Notes under the pieces: generated by a model | Told to the model about the DNA's origin: nothing | Database searches by the model: none | What the model saw: only the letters and a program-made list of their open reading frames with translations | In this document: piece by piece, positions 58,120 to 64,000 of the stretch | How the letters are laid out: each line of letters opens with the position of its first letter | How positions within the stretch are numbered: position 1 is the stretch's first letter | NCBI GenBank assembly: GCA_045540295.1 | Contig: JAZQGY010000019.1 | Span: forward strand, 2,388-66,387 | Length of the DNA stretch: 64,000 bases | From: Clostridia bacterium | GTDB taxonomy: Bacteria; Bacillota; Clostridia; UMGS1840 | Direction: 5' to 3' | Translations under genes and position numbers: made by a program

Positions 58120-59283
58120 TTACTGCAGAGTCATCCGTTCCTGACCAATGACTGCAATGCGATTCTGAAAATAGGTGGCATACTGAATATCATAGTCGGT
58201 AACACCGGATTTCATAATTTTCCCCTGCTTGGTAACATTGAAATATTCTTTCCGCTTGAATACTACGAATTTATCGTCCTCAATATCACCGATTCTTACA
58301 AACGCATCCAAGGAAAACTGAGAGGTTCTTCTTCCCTGCGTATCATAAACTTCACAACTAAAGGTATCCACAGAATTTCCTGCAAAACAAAGCAACATGG
58401 AACCATCGGTAAAATAATCGAAAAATTTCAGTTCCCGGTTATTAAAAGAGGTAATCATACTTAAGTCGCCATGATCCGTTACAAGATACAGTCCGTTGGC
58501 ACAAAGCACCAATGACTGATTCCCCCGATAAGAAACAGAGGCTCCCACACAATTACCCACAATATGTCCTCTGACCGGCTCTGCTGTATCCATACGGAAA
58601 AACAAGACCTTTGCAGTAACACTGCCGTCTGAAACATCATTGGTTAACACTGCCATCACGTTATTATCTGGATTGATGGTAGCATCCACCACATATCCGG
58701 TTCCGGAATACCAAGTATATTTTTCATTACCGTATCGGTCGTATACCTTCACGGCAGCTTTGCTTCCCTCTTCATTTACAATCATCACAAACTGTCCGTT
58801 CTGATTCATTCTGGCACGGACAATCCTTCCGTTTAAACTAAAAGGCGTAATGATGCCGGACTCATTAAACAATAAAGCAGAAGTGCCTGCTATATCATAC
58901 ACTAAAACGGTATCGCTGCTTTTTTCATACACAGGCTCTCTCATTGCCTTCACAAAGGGAGAGATGGTGGCGTTTACCTCAGATGCGGTATCTTCTCCCT
59001 TGATATTCACTGTTTTAATGCCGTCCATAGTTGTCAGATAGTAGCAATCCTTAAAGTAAGTACCGCTGATATGTGTCGCCGGCGTGTAATACACTGTCTG
59101 AGCAGGCGGATAAATCGGAAGTACCTCAATATGGAATAAATAGTTCACTCCCAAAAGAATTACAAGTATTGCAACTGCAATCCAAAGCCATTTAGACTTC
59201 AACAGTGTCTTTTTCTTTTTTCTCTCCATGCGAAGTCTTCTGGCTTCTCTTTGTTCCTCGATTGTGATCGGTTTTTTTCTCAT
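58120..59283 (-). CDS. membrane-anchored beta-rich hypothetical protein (possibly the DUF5711 family)
   Basis: 387 aa. Lys/Arg-rich cytoplasmic N-terminus, one TM helix, repetitive beta-strand-rich ectodomain. Start abuts the truA stop. Confidence 0.5.
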   Translation of the reverse strand: MRKKPITIEEQREARRLRMERKKKKTLLKSKWLWIAVAILVILLGVNYLFHIEVLPIYPPAQTVYYTPATHISGTYFKDCYYLTTMDGIKTVNIKGEDTASEVNATISPFVKAMREPVYEKSSDTVLVYDIAGTSALLFNESGIITPFSLNGRIVRARMNQNGQFVMIVNEEGSKAAVKVYDRYGNEKYTWYSGTGYVVDATINPDNNVMAVLTNDVSDGSVTAKVLFFRMDTAEPVRGHIVGNCVGASVSYRGNQSLVLCANGLYLVTDHGDLSMITSFNNRELKFFDYFTDGSMLLCFAGNSVDTFSCEVYDTQGRRTSQFSLDAFVRIGDIEDDKFVVFKRKEYFNVTKQGKIMKSGVTDYDIQYATYFQNRIAVIGQERMTLQ

Positions 59284-60042
59284 TTAAACCAGGTCCTTTC
59301 CATCCAGTTCATAATAAACATCGTATAGATACAATCCATGCGGCGGAACGGTCATTCCCGCATCGGTACGGTTTTTTTCTGCTATAATTGCTTCCAGTTC
59401 TTCTTTAGTCATTTTCCCAATACCGATCTGGATTAAGGTTCCCACAATAATACGCACCATATTGTATAAAAAACCGTTCGCACTAACACGAATTTCGATT
59501 TCATCATCCACGGGTGTAACAGTCAGTTCCGTCACATGCCGGACAGTGGTTTTCACCTGTCCGCCGGATGCCATAAAGCACCGAAAATCCTTTTCTCCGA
59601 TAATCACACTGCAGGCGTCCTGCATCTTTGTAATATCAAGGGGAATCGGATAAAAGTAACTGCGGTGATGCCGAAGTGCCTCAGGATTTCTCTTGTTTAA
59701 AATACGATACACATAGGTTTTATATTTGGGTGAAAAACGGGCGTGAAAATCTTTTGGAACTTCCCGACAGCTACGAACAGTAATATCGTCGGGAAGCAAA
59801 GAATTCATTGCCAAAACAAATCGGTCACAAGGGATGGGCGATTCGGTATTTGCATTAAAATAATAACGGATGGCATGAACACCGGCGTCAGTCCTTCCGC
59901 ATCCTACGATACGCAAGTCTTCCCCTGTTAGAATATTCAGCACACGTTCCAGTTCACTCTGAATGGTAATCTGCCCATCCTGACACTGAAATCCGTGATA
60001 ATTGGTTCCGTCGTAAGAAATCTGAAAGAGTAAATTTCTCAT
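59284..60042 (-). CDS. truA: tRNA pseudouridine(38-40) synthase
   Basis: YDGTNYHGFQ and GRTDAGVHA catalytic motif. Start at ATG 60042 after AGGAGG, forming an ATGA overlap with the ecfT stop. Confidence 0.95.
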   Translation of the reverse strand: MRNLLFQISYDGTNYHGFQCQDGQITIQSELERVLNILTGEDLRIVGCGRTDAGVHAIRYYFNANTESPIPCDRFVLAMNSLLPDDITVRSCREVPKDFHARFSPKYKTYVYRILNKRNPEALRHHRSYFYPIPLDITKMQDACSVIIGEKDFRCFMASGGQVKTTVRHVTELTVTPVDDEIEIRVSANGFLYNMVRIIVGTLIQIGIGKMTKEELEAIIAEKNRTDAGMTVPPHGLYLYDVYYELDGKDLV

Positions 60043-60848
60043 AGCAGACCTCCTAAGAGATTCAGGCACAGAATCCCCGCAAAAGCAACTACAAAAATAA
60101 AAAATGCAAAGGTATCTTTTTTGCCATATCGCAGAGCATTCATTTTGGTACGGTTATCGCCGCCGTGATAACAACGGGATTCCATGGCAACTGCCAGTTC
60201 GTCTGCACGGCGAAACGCAGAAATAAATAAGGGAATCAGAATAGGAATCAAGGCTTTTGCACGTTTTAAAATATTGCCTTCTGATAATGCAGCACCTCTC
60301 GCCTTCTGCGCTGCCATAATTTTGTCGGTTTCTTCAATCAAGGTAGGAATAAAACGAAGTGCAATAGACATCATCATTGCAATCTCGTGAGCCGGTACTT
60401 TGATTTTCTTTAACGGTTTTAATAAACTTTCTATCCCTGCCGTTAATGTAATCGGCGTAGTGGTATAGGTAAGAAAAGAAGTCCCCAGAACCAAAAAAGA
60501 TACCCGAAGAAGCATAAATATAGCCATTACGGCACCTTCCTCGGTAATACGTAAAATGCCCCATTGCCAAAGCACTTTACCGTCTGTCATAAACAGATTC
60601 AGAAGGGCGGTAATTGCCATCAGAATCAGCAGCGGTTTTAAGCTTTTGAGCAGATATTTCACAGGAATTTTTGAAACCTTGGCAAGCAGCACACAACCCA
60701 CACCAAGTGCTAAAAATCCCCAGAAATTACCGATAAAAAAGATGGCAACAATATAAGCTAAAGTGAGTAATATTTTTAAGCGGGGGTCCAATTTATGAAC
60801 TACCGATTCCGACGGGTAATACTGCCCGATGGTAATATCTTTTAACAT
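60039..60848 (-). CDS. ecfT: energy-coupling factor transporter transmembrane subunit
   Basis: 269 aa polytopic membrane protein. ARG coupling motifs (AQKARGA); position after the two ECF ATPases. Confidence 0.9.
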   Translation of the reverse strand: MLKDITIGQYYPSESVVHKLDPRLKILLTLAYIVAIFFIGNFWGFLALGVGCVLLAKVSKIPVKYLLKSLKPLLILMAITALLNLFMTDGKVLWQWGILRITEEGAVMAIFMLLRVSFLVLGTSFLTYTTTPITLTAGIESLLKPLKKIKVPAHEIAMMMSIALRFIPTLIEETDKIMAAQKARGAALSEGNILKRAKALIPILIPLFISAFRRADELAVAMESRCYHGGDNRTKMNALRYGKKDTFAFFIFVVAFAGILCLNLLGGLL

Positions 60849-60850
60849 AG

Positions 60851-61696
60851 TTATCCTCGTAATTTCATAATTTCGGAAAAAGCATCCTGCACAGTGAAAA
60901 TATTTTCGGGAAGACTGATACCCTTTTCACGGAGTCTTATTGCCATTTCGGTCACCTGCGGTACCGAAAGTCCGATTTGCTTTAGCATATCGGCATGGGC
61001 AAACACTTCCGCTAAGGTTCCTTGCAGTTTCAGTTTTCCTTCGTTTAACACGAAAAGTCTGTCGCAATATTTTGCCACATCTTCCATACTGTGAGAAACT
61101 AAAATCACTGTCATTCCCATATGTTTATGGATTTTTCGGATGCTGTCTAAAATTTCGTCCCTACCTTTTGGGTCGAGACCTGCGGTCGGTTCATCTAAAA
61201 TCAGAATACCCGGTTCCATAGCAAGTACTCCGGCAATTGCCACGCGGCGTTTCTGTCCGCCGGAAATTGCAAAAGGAGATTTATCCATCATCGTTTCCGG
61301 TAATCCTACAAGATGCATTGCAGTACGCACCCGAAGGTCAATTTCTTCCTTAGATAACCCCATATTAGAGGGTCCGAAAGCGATATCCTGATAAACCGTT
61401 TCTGCAAATAGCTGCTGTTCCGGGTACTGAAATACCAAGCCCACCTCAAAACAAAGGCCTTTGGTATCAGCATTTTTACCGGTAATCACACGATCACCAA
61501 CAGTAATGGTGCCGGAGGTCGGTTTCTCCAAACCGTTTAACTGCTGCACCAAAGTGGACTTACCGCTGCCGGAATGTCCGATTAGCCCGATAAATTCTCC
61601 GCTTTCCACTGAAAAAGAAATGTCTTTTAATGCCAACTTTTCATGGGGAGTACCGGGTGCATAGGTATATGATAAGTTTTCAACCTTTAATTTCAC
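60851..61696 (-). CDS. ecfA2: ECF transporter ATPase, second copy
   Basis: 281 aa. GHSGSGKST Walker A, ISGGQKRR signature, ILDEPT Walker B; GTG start after GGTGA. Confidence 0.9.
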   Translation of the reverse strand: MKLKVENLSYTYAPGTPHEKLALKDISFSVESGEFIGLIGHSGSGKSTLVQQLNGLEKPTSGTITVGDRVITGKNADTKGLCFEVGLVFQYPEQQLFAETVYQDIAFGPSNMGLSKEEIDLRVRTAMHLVGLPETMMDKSPFAISGGQKRRVAIAGVLAMEPGILILDEPTAGLDPKGRDEILDSIRKIHKHMGMTVILVSHSMEDVAKYCDRLFVLNEGKLKLQGTLAEVFAHADMLKQIGLSVPQVTEMAIRLREKGISLPENIFTVQDAFSEIMKLRG

Positions 61697-61713
61697 AATG
61701 ATTCACCATTTTT

Positions 61714-62541
61714 TTAAAAGACTTTTGTAATTTGTTCCACGAATTCGTCCACAGACAGAAGACAGGGATCAATTGGAACCCCTGCTTTGGAAAGTTCGTA
61801 AGAGAGTGCCGTAATTTGCGGCACATCCAATCCGGTTCGTTTTAAAATTTCATACTGAGAGAAAATTTCTTTCGGAGTGCCGTCCAAAAGAATTGTTCCT
61901 TCTTCCATTACCACAATACGGTCAGCTAACGCTGCTTCATCCATATTGTGCGTAATCAACACAGAGGTAATGCCGAAATCCCGGTTTAGGCGCTGAATGG
62001 TTTCCACCACTTCCCGTCTGCCTTTCGGGTCCAGCATGGCGGTGGGTTCGTCCAACACAATCACGGAAGGTCGCATCGCAACAATTCCTGCAATGGCAAC
62101 ACGCTGTTTCTGCCCGCCGGACAAATGATGCGGTGACCACAACCGGTATTCATACATTCCCACACATTTTAAGGCATCGTCCACTCGCTGACGGATTTCA
62201 TCCGGTGCAATGCCCAAATTTTCAGGTGCAAAAGCAACATCATCCTCAATGATGGAAGCAACCAACTGATTGTCGGGATTCTGAAATACCAAACCGCAAC
62301 TTTTACGGATTTCAAGTAACAGCTCTTCATTTTGGGTATCCATGCCGGATACATATACCTTACCGCCTTCGGGCAGTAAGATGCCGTTAAAGAGCTTTGC
62401 CATAGAGGATTTTCCGCTTCCGTTATGTCCTAATAGTGCCGTAAAGCTACTTTTTTTAATTGTTAAGTTTAAGTTATTGAGAACGATTTTCGTGCTGTCT
62501 TCATAGCGAAAGGTTAGGTTCTCTGTTTTTATAATATCCAT
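61714..62541 (-). CDS. ecfA1: ECF transporter ATPase, first copy
   Basis: GHNGSGKSS Walker A, LSGGQKQR, VLDEPT. Start moved to ATG 62541 (the track start is a TTG). Confidence 0.9.
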   Translation of the reverse strand: MDIIKTENLTFRYEDSTKIVLNNLNLTIKKSSFTALLGHNGSGKSSMAKLFNGILLPEGGKVYVSGMDTQNEELLLEIRKSCGLVFQNPDNQLVASIIEDDVAFAPENLGIAPDEIRQRVDDALKCVGMYEYRLWSPHHLSGGQKQRVAIAGIVAMRPSVIVLDEPTAMLDPKGRREVVETIQRLNRDFGITSVLITHNMDEAALADRIVVMEEGTILLDGTPKEIFSQYEILKRTGLDVPQITALSYELSKAGVPIDPCLLSVDEFVEQITKVF

Positions 62542-62586
62542 TCTCTTTGGTTCCTTTTTTTCTGAAAATACCAAAATACCAAAATA

Positions 62587-63462
62587 CTAAAAAGAATCTG
62601 CCTGCCATCTTGCAGTGGATCCGCAGGGTAAATACAATCCGGAATGTTTGGCACGAAAACCGATTTCGTCCGCCGTTACTTTTCCCCCAAATTTTCTGGT
62701 AACGGTTAAGTTTAAAATATTTTCCATTACCGTGTTGGAAAGGCCGGTAGTATAACTGTTGATGATAAAGAACAATGGCTTGTCGGTCAAAATACGGGAG
62801 GCAAGCTCCACAAGCTCGAAAATTTTATCTTCAATCTTCCAGAGTTCTCCATTGGGACCTCTGCCGTAAGACGGAGGATCCATAATAATGGCATCGTAGA
62901 AATTTTGCCGTTTAATTTCCCGTTCCACGAATTTATAGGCATCGTCCACAATGAAGCGAACCTTGCCGTTTTGGTTTAAGTTGTTTAATTCCACATTTTC
63001 CTTTGCCCAAGTGACAATGGATTTTGCCGCATCTAAGTGGCACACACTTGCCCCCTCTTTTAAACAGGCAACAGTAGCACCGCCGGTATAGGCAAATAAA
63101 TTCAGTACTTTAATTTCCCGATTGGCGGAAGCAATCATGTCACGGGCAAAATCCCAGTTAACAGCCTGCTCAGGAAACAGCCCTGTGTGTTTAAACCCCG
63201 TGGGACGCACCTTGAAACGCAAATCACGGTACATAATTTCCCAATGTTCGGGTAATTTCTTATAATATTTCCATTCACCGCCACCCTTGTGACTGCGAAA
63301 ATATTTGGCATCAATTTTCTGAGAATTCTTTTTGATCTCACCGTTTTTCCATACCACCTGTGGGTCGGGACGAAGGAGACGTACATCCTTCCATCGCTCC
63401 AGCTTGTAGCCGTCTTCCGCTTCCAGTAATTCAAAGTCTTCCCAATAGTCTGAAATCCACAT
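62587..63462 (-). CDS. class I SAM-dependent methyltransferase (RlmI/RlmK-like catalytic domain, no PUA)
   Basis: 291 aa. VLNLFAYTGG motif I and MDPPSYGRGP motif IV. Confidence 0.75.
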   Translation of the reverse strand: MWISDYWEDFELLEAEDGYKLERWKDVRLLRPDPQVVWKNGEIKKNSQKIDAKYFRSHKGGGEWKYYKKLPEHWEIMYRDLRFKVRPTGFKHTGLFPEQAVNWDFARDMIASANREIKVLNLFAYTGGATVACLKEGASVCHLDAAKSIVTWAKENVELNNLNQNGKVRFIVDDAYKFVEREIKRQNFYDAIIMDPPSYGRGPNGELWKIEDKIFELVELASRILTDKPLFFIINSYTTGLSNTVMENILNLTVTRKFGGKVTADEIGFRAKHSGLYLPCGSTARWQADSF

Positions 63463-63534
63463 AATCTATCCTCATTTTTCTAACAAAAATCCATAAAATT
63501 GTAAAAATTTCTAAAAATGGACATACTTTGAATA

Positions 63535-63563
63535 ATTTTATCATAAATGCTATGTTTTGTCAA
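63535..63563 (-). promoter_or_regulatory. consensus sigma-A promoter of the methyltransferase-ecf-truA array
   Basis: Minus strand TTGACA (63563-63558), 17-nt spacer, TAAAAT (63540-63535). Confidence 0.6.
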
Positions 63564-63585
63564 GGTTTTACAAGGGAAAAACAGT

Positions 63586-63627
63586 ACAAAAAAAGAGAAG
63601 TCCCGACCATGCAATCGGGACTTTTTA
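63586..63627 (-). terminator. intrinsic terminator (potentially bidirectional)
   Basis: Stem aagtcccga / tcgggactt (63598-63606 / 63615-63623), with T-runs on both strands (CTCTTTTTTT on minus, TTTTT on plus). Confidence 0.7.
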
Positions 63628-63641
63628 AAAAACACAATATT

Positions 63642-63992
63642 CTATAATTTTTTCCGATATACGAGATAACAAATCCAATAAATCAAAACCAAAAGAAAAA
63701 CTGCAAAAGAAATCCATCTTGCCACTTCGTGTAAGCCAAAAAGTGATAGTGCAATCACACCGGCAGCAAGCATCAAAAGGTAGATGGAAAATGCGGCACT
63801 TCTCGCCCGATTGATAATTTCAAGATTTCTTTCATCTGTTTCCGTGATTTCCTGCTTTCTGACGGTTTCTTCCGTTTTGGTAATCATACGATATTTTCTG
63901 ACACGAGCCAAACCAACAACAACCAGTGCAAACCCAAAAGAAGACAGATAATCGTCTGCCGTTCGGATGAAAAATGGGATGGCAATCATCAC
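63642..63992 (-). CDS. small multi-TM membrane protein, possibly 5'-truncated by the window edge
   Basis: 116 aa in the track. The frame stays open to position 64000 and the first codon is GTG. Hydrophobic helices flank a charged TETDERN segment. Confidence 0.5.
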   Translation of the reverse strand: MMIAIPFFIRTADDYLSSFGFALVVVGLARVRKYRMITKTEETVRKQEITETDERNLEIINRARSAAFSIYLLMLAAGVIALSLFGLHEVARWISFAVFLLVLIYWICYLVYRKKL

Positions 63993-64000
63993 CGCACCCA

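Noticed and set aside
1-64000. Mobile elements, prophage, integrases, toxin-antitoxin pairs, restriction-modification or other defence islands
   Set aside because: Every ORF of 60 aa or more has a housekeeping-type assignment or is a simple membrane or hypothetical protein. I saw no transposase or recombinase motifs, terminal inverted repeats, or tRNA-adjacent insertion.

Overview
This 64-kb window looks like core chromosome from a low-GC, anaerobic, spore-forming Firmicute (Clostridia-like). I count about 62 protein genes, roughly 90% on the minus strand, in long co-directional arrays with very short or overlapping intergenic gaps. Recognisable blocks: rnhB-rbgA-lepB; citrate synthase-murJ-mscL (plus strand); the cell-division tail ylmE-sepF-ylmH-divIVA-lspA-rluD; miaB-mutS-mutL-miaA; PPi-type phosphofructokinase plus pyrophosphatase; clpC; the conserved rlmN-prpC-prkC-rsgA-rpe-thiN block, preceded by a complete rnfCDGEAB operon and a VanW protein; ahcY-punA-purL; asnS; a GerK-type (A-C-B) spore germinant receptor operon (plus strand); ligA; and ecfA1-ecfA2-ecfT-truA. 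I saw no rRNA, tRNA, CRISPR array, transposase, integrase, phage gene or recognisable defence gene, and nothing I can defend as a wholly new multi-gene system. Two loci stand out. (1) Between thiN and clpC is a mini-locus invisible to the >=60-aa ORF track: a 58-aa hydrophobic peptide followed by a 24-aa SpoVM-like peptide, each with a strong ribosome-binding site (RBS), boxed in by two intrinsic terminators. (2) A promoter-led four-gene operon encodes an IGPD-fold protein with apparently degenerate metal ligands, a large-cap HAD protein, an orphan Fe-S hydrolyase beta subunit and RadC, none in its canonical genomic context. Smaller oddities are a half-length GerC, a poly-lysine N-terminal extension on signal peptidase I, and an HlyD-like membrane protein where hfq usually sits. 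All functional calls come from reading the translations and from recalled motifs and synteny; no database search was run.
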